Shown here: positions 19,469 through 28,571 of the stretch, piece by piece | Position numbering within the stretch: position 1 is the stretch's first letter | Layout of the letters: every line of letters begins with the position of its first letter | Source: Alphaproteobacteria bacterium | GTDB taxonomy: Bacteria > Pseudomonadota > Alphaproteobacteria > JAAXGF01 | Assembly: GCA_046582565.1 (NCBI GenBank) | Contig: JAYGED010000241.1 | Span: 1,071-65,070 of the forward strand | DNA length: 64,000 nucleotides | Reading direction: 5' to 3' | Notes under the pieces: generated by a model | The model's input: the letters and a program-made list of their open reading frames with translations, nothing else | The model's database searches: none | Told to the model about the DNA's origin: nothing | Position numbers and translations under genes: made by a program

Positions 19469-19545
19469 TGGCGCGCCCGGCGGGATTCGAACCCACGACC
19501 CCCAGATTAGGAATCTGGTGCTCTATCCTACTGAGCTACGGGCGC
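19469..19545 (-). tRNA. tRNA-Arg (anticodon CCT)
   Basis: Reverse complement GCGCCCGTAGCTCAGTAGGATAGAGCACCAGATTCCTAATCTGGGGGTCGTGGGTTCGAATCCCGCCGGGCGCGCCA folds as cloverleaf: acceptor GCGCCCG/CGGGCGC, anticodon loop TTCCTAA, T-loop TTCGAAT, encoded CCA. Confidence 0.9.
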
Positions 19546-19556
19546 GTGGGGCCTTT

Positions 19557-19679
19557 CTAGATCAATATCCGAAAGGATTGAACCCGTAAGGTTCAATCCG
19601 CTTGGGTAATTTTGATCTAGCTCTTTAAAAGCTAGAGCAGCTTTATCCGCCAATTCAATCGCTTAAAGCGATTGAATTG
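19557..19679. repeat. cluster of nested palindromes upstream (5') of tRNA-Arg: outer CTAGATCAA/TTGATCTAG enclosing GGATTGAACC-CGTAA-GGTTCAATCC, plus perfect 29-bp palindrome CAATTCAATCGCTTaAAGCGATTGAATTG (19651-19679)
   Basis: Seen directly; shared GATTGAA core in both hairpins; AT-rich. Confidence 0.6.
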
Positions 19680-19733
19680 AACGGATGATGCTCTAGGCGC
19701 GCCGCCCGGCCCGGTCAACTATGGCTCATGCGT

Positions 19734-20261
19734 TCAGAAAATTGGGTCGATGGGGAAGGCGTAGTTGAGCAGGATGGAATCAAGCGCCGGGCTGCTCGCA
19801 TAGACGCCGCCGTTCGAGATATGCGAATAGGTCACGCCGAGCCGGGCTTCGTTGTCGAAGATATAGGCGAAGGTCAGCGCGCCGTGGATTTCGAAGGTGC
19901 CGCCGAGGTCCTTGCCGTCGCCCGGCGTGAAGGCGCCGAGGCCGCCCTCGGGGCGGATGACAAGTGAGTCGCTGAAGAAAAAATCGCCATAGATCCCGGC
20001 ATAGCCAAAAACCCCGCCCTTGCCGGTGATGGTCAGCCCAATGAGCGGCCCGACGCCGCTGAACCAGGTGCCGTTGCCGAAGATCGTCCGGGCCCAGGAA
20101 TGTTCGATATTCGCCTCGACGGTGGGCTCGTCGAAATCGTCGATATCGGAATGGCCCACATTGAGGACGATGAGGTTGCGGTCCCTGGCCACGGCGGGGG
20201 AGAGGGCGGCGAAGATCAGGATAATCGCGCCAAACGCCGCCGTGACTTTATCAATCACCAT
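19734..20261 (-). CDS. outer-membrane acyloxyacyl hydrolase / lipid A 3-O-deacylase PagL-like protein
   Basis: Signal peptide, ~175 aa beta-barrel-like composition, C-terminal SHISNGG (His-x-Ser-Asn) motif characteristic of PagL family. Confidence 0.55.
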   Translation of the reverse strand: MVIDKVTAAFGAIILIFAALSPAVARDRNLIVLNVGHSDIDDFDEPTVEANIEHSWARTIFGNGTWFSGVGPLIGLTITGKGGVFGYAGIYGDFFFSDSLVIRPEGGLGAFTPGDGKDLGGTFEIHGALTFAYIFDNEARLGVTYSHISNGGVYASSPALDSILLNYAFPIDPIF

Positions 20262-20301
20262 GTCTCAAGGCCTCGTCATTGAATCTGTAAAAAAAGGGGC
20301 G

Positions 20302-20835
20302 TCACGGCGTGCCGCCGAGCGGGATAGAATAGCTCAGCACGATGGATTCCGTGCCCGGGTTGTTATCGCTGATGCTGGCGTTGGAAATATGTGAGATGGC
20401 GATACCCAGGCGCGCCTTGTTGCCGAAGCGGTAAGCGACTTCGATGCCGGATCGGAACTCGATGACCGAGCCAAGATCCTTTGCGGTTCCTCTGCGATAG
20501 CCGCCAATGGCGAAATTGGGCATCACCACCCAACTGTTGCCCAGGTAGATATCGAGATTGACCCCGCCATAACCGTAGATGCCGCCCTGGCTGTTGCCGA
20601 GCAGCCCGACCATCGGCTTGAGGAACAGATAGGTGCGGTTTGAGCGATATTCCATGCGGAATTCCACCGCGGTTTCGTTGTCGTTCACGTCGATTCCGCC
20701 GATGCTGAGGGTCAGAAAATCGGGATCGGCGGCGGCGGCTGTGGATGTGATGGTCAAGGCCTGGACAACCAGCAGGCACAGTATCAAAATCATACCCGGT
20801 GCCGCACCGACGCTGATTACGCTCATCCGCCCCAT
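20302..20835 (-). CDS. PagL-like outer-membrane deacylase, tandem paralog
   Basis: Paralogous to 19734-20261 (SHISNASISDNNPG motif, same length); ATG 20835 with GAAGGG RBS and signal peptide MILILCLLVVQALT. Confidence 0.55.
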   Translation of the reverse strand: MGRMSVISVGAAPGMILILCLLVVQALTITSTAAAADPDFLTLSIGGIDVNDNETAVEFRMEYRSNRTYLFLKPMVGLLGNSQGGIYGYGGVNLDIYLGNSWVVMPNFAIGGYRRGTAKDLGSVIEFRSGIEVAYRFGNKARLGIAISHISNASISDNNPGTESIVLSYSIPLGGTP

Positions 20836-20946
20836 ATGCCTAAACCCTTCAACCCCCTGCCTTGCGCTGCAGAGTGTAAGTAAAATCCACGCCCGCGCAA
20901 CCGGCCATGGTCTTCTTACCGCGCGCACCGTGATATAGTCGGAGCG

Positions 20947-21680
20947 ATGCGCTGCCTTGCTCACATCGCTATTATTCTGTGTTGCGCCCTGCCCGGCGCG
21001 CCGCTCCTGGCCGCCGCCCTTGAAGCAGGCGAGACCGGGCGCATCGAGAGCGTTGTCGATGGCGACACCGTGGCCCTGAAGAGCGGCACTATCGTGCGCC
21101 TAGTCGGCATTCAGGCCCCCAAGCTGCCGCTCGGGCGGCCCGGCTTTGTGGCCTGGCCCGCCGGGTCACCCTCTATTACGGCGGCGCCCGCCGCGACCGC
21201 TACGGCCGCGCCCTGGCCCATCTCTATCGCGACGACGGGCTGTGGCTGCAGGGCGAGATGCTGGCGCGCGGGCTGGCGCGGGTCTACAGCTTCGCCGACA
21301 ACCGCGCTATCGTTCCCGAAATGCTGGCCCGGGAAGGAGCGGCGCGGGTGCAGCGCCTCGGCATCTGGCGCAATCCGTTCTATGCGGTGCGCAGCGCCGA
21401 ACCGGCGACCATTCCCAGGGACGGATACGAGCTTGTCGAAGGCCGGGTGCGTGATGTGGCGACCGTGCGGGGTCGCACTTATATAAATTTCGGCGACGAC
21501 TGGAAAAGCGACTTTACCTTGAGTCTGGCGTCTAAAGTGCGCAGGCCGTTCGATCGCGAAGGCTATTCGCTTGAAAGCCTGAAAGGGCTTACCATCCGGG
21601 CGCGGGGCTGGATAAAATCCTATAACGGCCTGATGATCGAACTCACCCACCCCGAGCAGATCGAAATTATCGACCCATGA
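20947..21680 (+). pseudogene. thermonuclease (SNase-like) gene disrupted by internal deletion/frameshift near 21150-21160
   Basis: Signal peptide + SNase N-terminus (VVDGDTVALKSG..VRLVGIQAPK) in frame 1 up to ...GFVAWP; conserved continuation (RRVTLYYGGARRDRYGRALAHLYRDDGLWLQGEMLARGLARVY...) is in frame 0 with ~12-15 expected residues missing between. Confidence 0.6.
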
Positions 21681-23140
21681 TCATCCGCTTCCCTCATCTC
21701 GTCCTTGCAGCGTGGCTGCTCGCAGCAGCGCCCGGCTGTACGGTCAACCCGGCGACCGGTGACCAGGATTTCACGCCGTTCATGGACGCCGGCCAGGAAG
21801 CCGCCATCGGCGCCCAGGAACATCCCAAGCTGCTCGCGGCCTTCGGCGGCGCCTATGACGAGCGGGCGAGCCTGGCCGCCTATGTGGATTCCATCGGACA
21901 GCGCCTGCTGGCGGTTACCGAGACGCCCTCGGCGCGCTTCACCTTCACCATCGTCAACAGCGACGTGGTCAACGCCTTCGCCTTGCCCGGCGGCTATGTC
22001 TATATCTCGCGCGGTCTGATGGCCCTGGCCAACAACGAGGCTGAGCTCGCCGGGGTGATCGCCCATGAGATCGGCCATGTCACCGCCCGCCACTCGGCCC
22101 AGCGCTATAACCAGTCGGTGTTCGCCCAGCTCGGTGCGGCGGTGCTCGGCATCGCCACGCGCAACCGGGCGCTGGCCGATCTCGCCGGCCTGGGCGCCGC
22201 CGCCTATGTCCAGGGCTATTCCCGCGATCAGGAGTTCGAGGCCGACCAGCTCGGCATCCGCTATCTCGTGCGCGCCGGTTACGACCCCGGCGCCATGGCG
22301 GATTTCCTGGCAACTCTGAGCGCCGACAGCGCCCTGGCTGACAAGATCGCCGGCATCGAGGAGAGGCCCAAGCAGACCAGCCTGTTCGCCAGCCATCCGC
22401 GAACCCTTGATCGGGTTCGTCGCGCGGCGGAAGAGGCGCGGGGCCAGCAGAGCGGCGATCAGCGTCTGGCGGCTGACGAATATCTACTGGCGCTGGAACA
22501 GACCCTGTTCGGCGACGACCCGGAGGAGGGTCTGCGCCGGGGCCGGGAATTCTTTCATCCGGTCCTCGGCTTTCGCTTCAAGGTGCCGCCGGGCTTCGCC
22601 CTGCGCAACACGCCGAAGGCGGTTCTCGCGCGACATCCGAACGGCGCCCTGGTGGTCTTCGAAGGCGACAGGCTGGGGCGTAATCTCGACATGGGAGGTT
22701 ATCTGACCGACGTTTGGCTCGGCGGCGTGGGTTTGCGGGACGTCGAGGACCTCACCATCAACGGCATGGCGGCGGCGACCGGCACCGGGCGCCTGCGCAC
22801 CCGGGACGGGCCGCGTGATTTGCGTGCCGTTGCCGTGCGCTTCGAGGGCGACACGATCTATCGCTTTCTAATCCTCACGCCGCCGAAAATCACCGCGCAG
22901 CTGAGTGAGGAGTTGCGCCGCATGACCTACAGCCTGCGCCCGGTGACCGCCCGCGAGCTCGAAAACGCCGTGCCCCAGCGCATCCGCATCCATCGGGTCG
23001 AACCCGGCGAGACGGTAGACTCCCTGGCTGCCGCTATGCCTTTCGAAACCCTCAAGCCGGAGCGCCTGCGCGTGCTCAACGGCCTCGCCCCCACTGAAAC
23101 CTTACAGCCCGGCAGCTTGATCAAGCTAATCGGCAATTAG
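21677..23140 (+). CDS. M48-family zinc metallopeptidase, putative periplasmic lipoprotein
   Basis: HEIGH zinc motif (VIAHEIGHVTARH), signal/lipobox-like LAAAPGC; start overlaps previous stop (ATGA). Confidence 0.8.
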   Translation: MIIRFPHLVLAAWLLAAAPGCTVNPATGDQDFTPFMDAGQEAAIGAQEHPKLLAAFGGAYDERASLAAYVDSIGQRLLAVTETPSARFTFTIVNSDVVNAFALPGGYVYISRGLMALANNEAELAGVIAHEIGHVTARHSAQRYNQSVFAQLGAAVLGIATRNRALADLAGLGAAAYVQGYSRDQEFEADQLGIRYLVRAGYDPGAMADFLATLSADSALADKIAGIEERPKQTSLFASHPRTLDRVRRAAEEARGQQSGDQRLAADEYLLALEQTLFGDDPEEGLRRGREFFHPVLGFRFKVPPGFALRNTPKAVLARHPNGALVVFEGDRLGRNLDMGGYLTDVWLGGVGLRDVEDLTINGMAAATGTGRLRTRDGPRDLRAVAVRFEGDTIYRFLILTPPKITAQLSEELRRMTYSLRPVTARELENAVPQRIRIHRVEPGETVDSLAAAMPFETLKPERLRVLNGLAPTETLQPGSLIKLIGN

Positions 23141-23159
23141 AGAGTGATAGGATAACAGA

Positions 23160-24710
23160 ATGAAAAATGGACACGTAAAACTGGTTGGCAACAGTGCTCA
23201 GACCATTCGGCTCCACGCCGGCGATAATGTGGTGGTCGCGGTTGCGGATATTCCTCCGGGCGCTGAAATTCCTGCTGAAAACATCAGGGCGGCGGATCAC
23301 ATTCCCGCCGGACACAAAATATCGACCGCGCCGGTGGCGGTGGGGGACGCTTTACGAAAATACGGCCAGGTCATCGGCTTCGCCTGTGAGTCAATCACGC
23401 CGGGAGAGCATGTCCATTCCCATAATTTGAACTATGGCGATTTTGAGCGCGATTACGCGGCGGGCTCGGAGGCGCGCGACACCGCCTATGTGGCCGAAGC
23501 GAAGCGCGCCAGTTTCAAGGGCTACCGCCGGTCCGACGGCCGGGTTGGCACGCGCAACTATATCGGCGTGCTGTCGACGGTGAACTGCTCGGCCACGGTG
23601 TCGCGCTACGTTGCCGAGCGTTATGGCGGCGATGCGCTTGACGCCTATCCCAATGTGGACGGGGTTGTGGCGATCACTCATAGCACGGGCTGCGGCATGA
23701 ACGGTGGCGGCGCGGGCATGGATATGCTCAAGCGCACCCTGACGGGCTATGCCCAGCATCCCAACTTCGGCGCCGTTCTGTTCATCGGGCTCGGCTGCGA
23801 GGTCGCCCAGATGGGACATTTCGTGGATAGCGAAGGGTTCGAGCCGGACGCGTTGCAGCACACCATGACGATCCAGGATAACGGCGGTACGATGGCGACC
23901 ATCGAGGCGGCCTGTGCGCGCATCGATGAGATGCTGCCCGACATCGACCGCGCGCGCCGCGAGTCCGTACCTGCCAGCGAACTCATCCTGGGTCTCGAAT
24001 GCGGCGGCTCCGACGCCTATTCGGGCATCTCGGCGAACCCGTCCCTGGGGGCGGCGGTGGATATGCTGGTGCGTCATGGCGGCACCGGCATTCTCGCCGA
24101 GACGCCGGAGATTTACGGCGCCGAGCATCTGCTGACCCGCCGGGCGGTGAATGAGGATGTGGCTAAGCGGCTGGTCGATAAGATCCATTGGTGGGAAGAA
24201 TACGCCGCCAAACACGGCAGCGCCCTGGACAACAACCCGACGCCGGGCAACAAGGCCGGCGGCCTGACCACCATCCTCGAAAAATCACTCGGCGCCGCCG
24301 CCAAGGGCGGCACGACCAACCTGGTCGAGGTCTACGGCTATGCCGAGAGGGTCACGGCCAAGGGCTTCGTCTTTATGGATACGCCGGGCTATGACCCGGT
24401 CTCGGTCACCGGCATGGTGGCGGGCGGCGCCAACATGCTGTGTTTCACCACCGGGCGCGGATCGGTGTTTGGCTGTAAGCCTGTGCCCTGCCTCAAGCTC
24501 GCCACCAATTCACCCATGCATCACCGCATGACCAGCGATATGGACGTTAACTGCGGCTTGGTGGTGGACGGTGACGCCAGCATCGAGGAGATGGGCGAAC
24601 AAATCTTCCGCCTGGTGCTCGATGTGGCCAGCGGCGCGCCGTCGAAAAGTGAAGCCCTCGGTTTCGGCGACGATGAATTCATCCCCTGGCAAATCGGCGC
24701 CGTGCTGTAA
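23160..24710 (+). CDS. UxaA-family hydrolyase (altronate/galactarate dehydratase-like)
   Basis: N-terminal SAF domain and C-terminal altronate-hydrolase domain with conserved Cys/His metal-site region; 516 aa. Confidence 0.75.
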   Translation: MKNGHVKLVGNSAQTIRLHAGDNVVVAVADIPPGAEIPAENIRAADHIPAGHKISTAPVAVGDALRKYGQVIGFACESITPGEHVHSHNLNYGDFERDYAAGSEARDTAYVAEAKRASFKGYRRSDGRVGTRNYIGVLSTVNCSATVSRYVAERYGGDALDAYPNVDGVVAITHSTGCGMNGGGAGMDMLKRTLTGYAQHPNFGAVLFIGLGCEVAQMGHFVDSEGFEPDALQHTMTIQDNGGTMATIEAACARIDEMLPDIDRARRESVPASELILGLECGGSDAYSGISANPSLGAAVDMLVRHGGTGILAETPEIYGAEHLLTRRAVNEDVAKRLVDKIHWWEEYAAKHGSALDNNPTPGNKAGGLTTILEKSLGAAAKGGTTNLVEVYGYAERVTAKGFVFMDTPGYDPVSVTGMVAGGANMLCFTTGRGSVFGCKPVPCLKLATNSPMHHRMTSDMDVNCGLVVDGDASIEEMGEQIFRLVLDVASGAPSKSEALGFGDDEFIPWQIGAVL

Positions 24711-24727
24711 GCGTATCGGCCAGAGCC

Positions 24728-25603
24728 TCACTCGGGCCAGCGGCGGTGCAGCCATAGCCATTGTTCGGGGCGGGCGCGGATCCAGTCTTCGATCACGGCG
24801 TTGACCTGGCCCATGACGGCGGCTACGTCGGCTTTGCGGTCGCCGCTATCGGGCAGGGTCAGGGGCGGATAGACGGTGAGGCGGAAATGCGCGCCCTCGA
24901 GCCGCTCGACCCGCGCCGGCACTACCGGGCAGCCATATTTGAGCGCGAGCTGGGCCAGAGCCGGTGCGGTCATGGCGTCGCGGCCGAAGAACGGCACGGC
25001 GATGCCTTCGTTGAGTTTCTGGTCGATCAGCATGCCGAGATGGTCGCCGCGGGAGATCGCACGAATGAGTTGTTTGGCGCCGGCGGACCCCTTGGGGAAA
25101 TTGCTCCCGCCGACCGGGGCGCGGAGGGATTGCAGCACCGGTTCCATCAGGGGGTTATTGGGGCTGCGGTAGATCTGGGTCAGCGGAACGCCGTTCTGGG
25201 TCGCGCCGAGGGAAGCGATTTCCCAGTTGCCGAGATGGGCCGAGAAGAAGATGCCGGATTTCTGGTCGTCGCGTAAGAGTTCTACATTCTCCACGCCGAC
25301 CACGTCGACCCGCCCGGCCGGATCGGTCACGTCGATCTTGCCGAGATGGGCATATTCGGCGGCGACGCGGCCGAGATTATCCCACATGCCCTGGATAATA
25401 GCCTCGATTTCGCCGGATGATTTATCCGGGAAGGCATGGCCAAGGTTGCGCCGGGCGGTGTGGCTGACCGCCAGCCGGGGACCGATCGCGCGGGCCAGAC
25501 GGCCGCCGAGAGCCGACGCCCTGTCCAGCGACAGCATGGCGAACAGGCACAGCAGAAGCCGCGCCGAAGCCGCTTCCAAGGCATGCATCAGGCTTTTGAT
25601 CAT
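24728..25603 (-). CDS. lpxL: lipid A biosynthesis late (lauroyl/myristoyl) acyltransferase, LpxL/HtrB family
   Basis: N-terminal TM, HxxxxD-type LPLAT motif region (FSAHLGNWEI), family length 291 aa; operonic with lpxK/waaA. Confidence 0.8.
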   Translation of the reverse strand: MIKSLMHALEAASARLLLCLFAMLSLDRASALGGRLARAIGPRLAVSHTARRNLGHAFPDKSSGEIEAIIQGMWDNLGRVAAEYAHLGKIDVTDPAGRVDVVGVENVELLRDDQKSGIFFSAHLGNWEIASLGATQNGVPLTQIYRSPNNPLMEPVLQSLRAPVGGSNFPKGSAGAKQLIRAISRGDHLGMLIDQKLNEGIAVPFFGRDAMTAPALAQLALKYGCPVVPARVERLEGAHFRLTVYPPLTLPDSGDRKADVAAVMGQVNAVIEDWIRARPEQWLWLHRRWPE

Positions 25604-26568
25604 AGGCGGAACTCGTCGAGCAGACGATCCAGCGCCGAGGGGTCGCGCCAGGCGATTTCCACGGCCAGAGCCTCGACCATGGCTTTGGCCTCGATGGGCA
25701 GGCGCACATGATCTTTCTCCGTGGTCACCGCCACGGCGCCTTGCGCGGTTGCCGCTTCGACCAGGATCATGACGTCGTCGGCGCTATAGGGGTGATGATC
25801 GGCAAACTGCTGGGCGCCGATCAACGTGCATCCCATGGTCTCCAGGGTGGCAAAGAATTTCTGAGGATGGGCGATGCCAGCGAAGGCCAGCACCTTCTGC
25901 CCGGCCAGAGAGGCGCTATCGGCGGTCGGCGTCAGGGCGCCATGGAGTATCGGCTTGGAGAAACCGGCTAGACTGTCCTGCCAGCCTTCACCCTCGCCCA
26001 TAATCACGACCCCGTCGGCGCGGGCCAGTCCCGGGGCCACAGGCTCGCGCAGGGGCCCGGCGGGCAGCAGCCGGCCATTGCCGAAACCGTAATCGCCATC
26101 GATCACCACCAGGGACAAATCCTTGACCAGGGACGGGTTCTGAAAGCCGTCGTCCATGACGATGATCTCGGCGCCGTCCGCCACCGCGGCCTGCGCCCCA
26201 TGGGGTCTGTTGCGGGCCACCCAGGTCGGCGCGCGGGCGGCCAGCAGTAAAGGCTCATCGCCCACGGTTGCGGCGTCATGCTGGGCGGGATCGACCCGGA
26301 GCGGCCCAGCGGCGCTGCCGCCATAGCCCCGGCTGAGGAAATGTACCGACCGGCCGCGCTCGATCAGCCGTTGGCCGAGGCTGAGGGCGACCGGCGTCTT
26401 GCCCGCGCCGCCGGCTACCAGATTGCCGATACAGACCATCGGGCAGGCCGCCCTTTGCGGGCGGGCCAATCCGCGCCGGACAGAGGCCAGCGCCCCGTAG
26501 CTCCAGGCCAGCGGGCTGAGCAGTGCCGCCGCCAGCCCGTCGTAGCGCCAAAAATCCGGCGCGCGCAT
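25600..26568 (-). CDS. lpxK: tetraacyldisaccharide 4'-kinase
   Basis: P-loop GNLVAGGAGKTP, conserved LpxK core; overlapping start/stop with neighbours. Confidence 0.88.
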   Translation of the reverse strand: MRAPDFWRYDGLAAALLSPLAWSYGALASVRRGLARPQRAACPMVCIGNLVAGGAGKTPVALSLGQRLIERGRSVHFLSRGYGGSAAGPLRVDPAQHDAATVGDEPLLLAARAPTWVARNRPHGAQAAVADGAEIIVMDDGFQNPSLVKDLSLVVIDGDYGFGNGRLLPAGPLREPVAPGLARADGVVIMGEGEGWQDSLAGFSKPILHGALTPTADSASLAGQKVLAFAGIAHPQKFFATLETMGCTLIGAQQFADHHPYSADDVMILVEAATAQGAVAVTTEKDHVRLPIEAKAMVEALAVEIAWRDPSALDRLLDEFRL

Positions 26569-27851
26569 CAGGGCCCGCCGTCCTTGATCGTGGGGACAAG
26601 ATAGGGCTCGATCGCCGCCGCGATGCGCTCAAGCACCCCGGCCTCGGCCTCGGCCACGACGCGCGCCGCCGCCATGAGCCGCCGGCGCTCATCGCCATTA
26701 TCGAGCAGGCCGCCGACCGCCGTGGCCAGGTCCTTGCCGCCGGCGACTTCGATAGCGCCCCGGTTGGCGGCGAAGGCGGCGGTGAAGGCGGCGAAGTTCG
26801 CCATATGGGGGCCGTGCAGGATGGCGCAATCCAGGCGCGCGGGCTCAAGCAGGTTCTGGCCGCCATGGGGCACCAGGGAGCCGCCGACGAAAGCGATATC
26901 CGCGAGGCGATAGAACAGGCCGAGCTCGCCCAGGTTGTCGGCCATATAGATATCCGTAGCCTCGGTGATGGCGTCTCCCGCCGAGCGCAGGGCCACTGTC
27001 AGGCCGAGATTGCGAAGCCCCGCCGCGATGGTCGGCCCCCGCTCGGGATGGCGCGGCGCAATGATCGTCAGCAGCCCCGGGTGATCAGCCGCCAGGGCGC
27101 TATGACAGGCGGCGGCGATGGTCTCTTCGCCGGCATGGGTGCTGGCTGCAAGCCACCGGGGGCGCGTTCCCACCGCGCCTCGCAATGCATCGTACGCCGC
27201 CTCATCGACGGGCAGCGCCGGGCCCGCTGATTTCAGATTGCCGACGGTGAGAACCTGCGCCGCACCCAGGTCGCGCAGCCGCTCGGCGTCCTGTTCGCTC
27301 TGGGCGAGACACAGGGCAAATCCGCCGAGCAGGCGGCGGATCACGCCGCGCATGAGTAGCCAGCGCCGATAGGAGCGGTCCGACATGCGGCCGTTGACCA
27401 GGATCATCGGCACACCGCGCGCCTGGGTGTCGGCGAGCAGATTGGGCCAGAATTCGGATTCAATCCAGATCGCCAGGTCGGGCCGCCAATGATCGAGGAA
27501 GCCGCGCACCGCGTCGGGCCGGTCGATGGGGGCGTACTGGTGGAGTGCGCGCGCCGGCAAGCGCTCGGCCATGAGCTGCGCCGAGGTCACCGTGCCGGTG
27601 GTGACCAGCAGTTGCAGCTCGGGGTGAGTTTCCTGGATGCGCCCGATGAGGGGCAGGGCGGTGAGGGCCTCGCCGACGCTGGCCCCGTGTATCCATACCA
27701 GCCGCCCCTGGGGCCGTTCGGCGCCGGCGACGCCGAGGCGTTCGCGGAAGCGCTTGGGATCTTCCTTGCCAGCATCCTTTCGCCGCCTCAGATAAAGCGC
27801 GATAAGCGGCGTCGCCAGCACGGTCATGGCGCGGTACAGGCGTTGCATCAT
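26568..27851 (-). CDS. waaA: 3-deoxy-D-manno-octulosonic acid (Kdo) transferase
   Basis: N-terminal TM anchor, GASVGE motif and C-terminal GT-B glycosyltransferase region typical of KdtA/WaaA. Confidence 0.85.
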   Translation of the reverse strand: MMQRLYRAMTVLATPLIALYLRRRKDAGKEDPKRFRERLGVAGAERPQGRLVWIHGASVGEALTALPLIGRIQETHPELQLLVTTGTVTSAQLMAERLPARALHQYAPIDRPDAVRGFLDHWRPDLAIWIESEFWPNLLADTQARGVPMILVNGRMSDRSYRRWLLMRGVIRRLLGGFALCLAQSEQDAERLRDLGAAQVLTVGNLKSAGPALPVDEAAYDALRGAVGTRPRWLAASTHAGEETIAAACHSALAADHPGLLTIIAPRHPERGPTIAAGLRNLGLTVALRSAGDAITEATDIYMADNLGELGLFYRLADIAFVGGSLVPHGGQNLLEPARLDCAILHGPHMANFAAFTAAFAANRGAIEVAGGKDLATAVGGLLDNGDERRRLMAAARVVAEAEAGVLERIAAAIEPYLVPTIKDGGP

Positions 27852-28552
27852 GGCAGGGGCTCTGGCTCGATCGCTGTCTGGCCGACCAGCCGGTCGGCCT
27901 CGGCGGTGACCGCGTTGAGCGCCTGCTCGACGGCGCGCCGGGTGGCTTCGCCGGCGGCCTCGCCGCCGTCACGGGCCGGCGGCTCGATCGGGGCGCCCCA
28001 GACGAAGACCCCCCGGCTGAACGGCAGGGCGAGAATGAAACGATCCCAACTGCCCAGCACCCGGCGGCGCGAGGTGGCGTAGGCGACCGGCAGTATGGGC
28101 GCGCCCGACAGCCGGGCGAGATCGGCGATGCCGCCGCCCGCCCGCATGCGCGGCCCGCGCGGCCCATCCGGTGTAATGCCCACGGAGCCGCCCCCCTTGA
28201 GGCTGCGCAGCATGGTGCGCAAGGCCGCCGAGCCACCCCGGCTGGTCGACCCGGCGATGGTTCCAAGGCCGAAATAGCCCACGGTACGGGCGATGAGCTG
28301 GCCGTCGCGATGGTGCGAGACCAGCAGCTCGATGGGTTTTTCCCGCCGCCAGCTATAGGGCAACAGCAACAATCGGCCGTGCCAGAAGGCGACGATGAAA
28401 GGCTCGTCCCGGTCCCATAGGGCGGCGGCATGCTCTGCGCCTTCCACCCGCCAGCTGCTGGTGCCATGAACCAGTCGGATATACAGCGCCGCCATGGCGC
28501 AGAGGACGCCCCGTACCGCTTCGTTGCGCAACACCGGCTTGAGAAATTTCAA
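27848..28552 (-). CDS. DUF374/lysophospholipid-acyltransferase-like protein commonly linked to waaA in Alphaproteobacteria
   Basis: 234 aa; conserved FWHGRLLLLP / GITPDGPRGP segment; non-ATG (TTG) start in ORF track, start uncertain. Confidence 0.6.
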   Translation of the reverse strand: MKFLKPVLRNEAVRGVLCAMAALYIRLVHGTSSWRVEGAEHAAALWDRDEPFIVAFWHGRLLLLPYSWRREKPIELLVSHHRDGQLIARTVGYFGLGTIAGSTSRGGSAALRTMLRSLKGGGSVGITPDGPRGPRMRAGGGIADLARLSGAPILPVAYATSRRRVLGSWDRFILALPFSRGVFVWGAPIEPPARDGGEAAGEATRRAVEQALNAVTAEADRLVGQTAIEPEPLP

Positions 28553-28571
28553 GGCTTGATACTCTTCGCTT

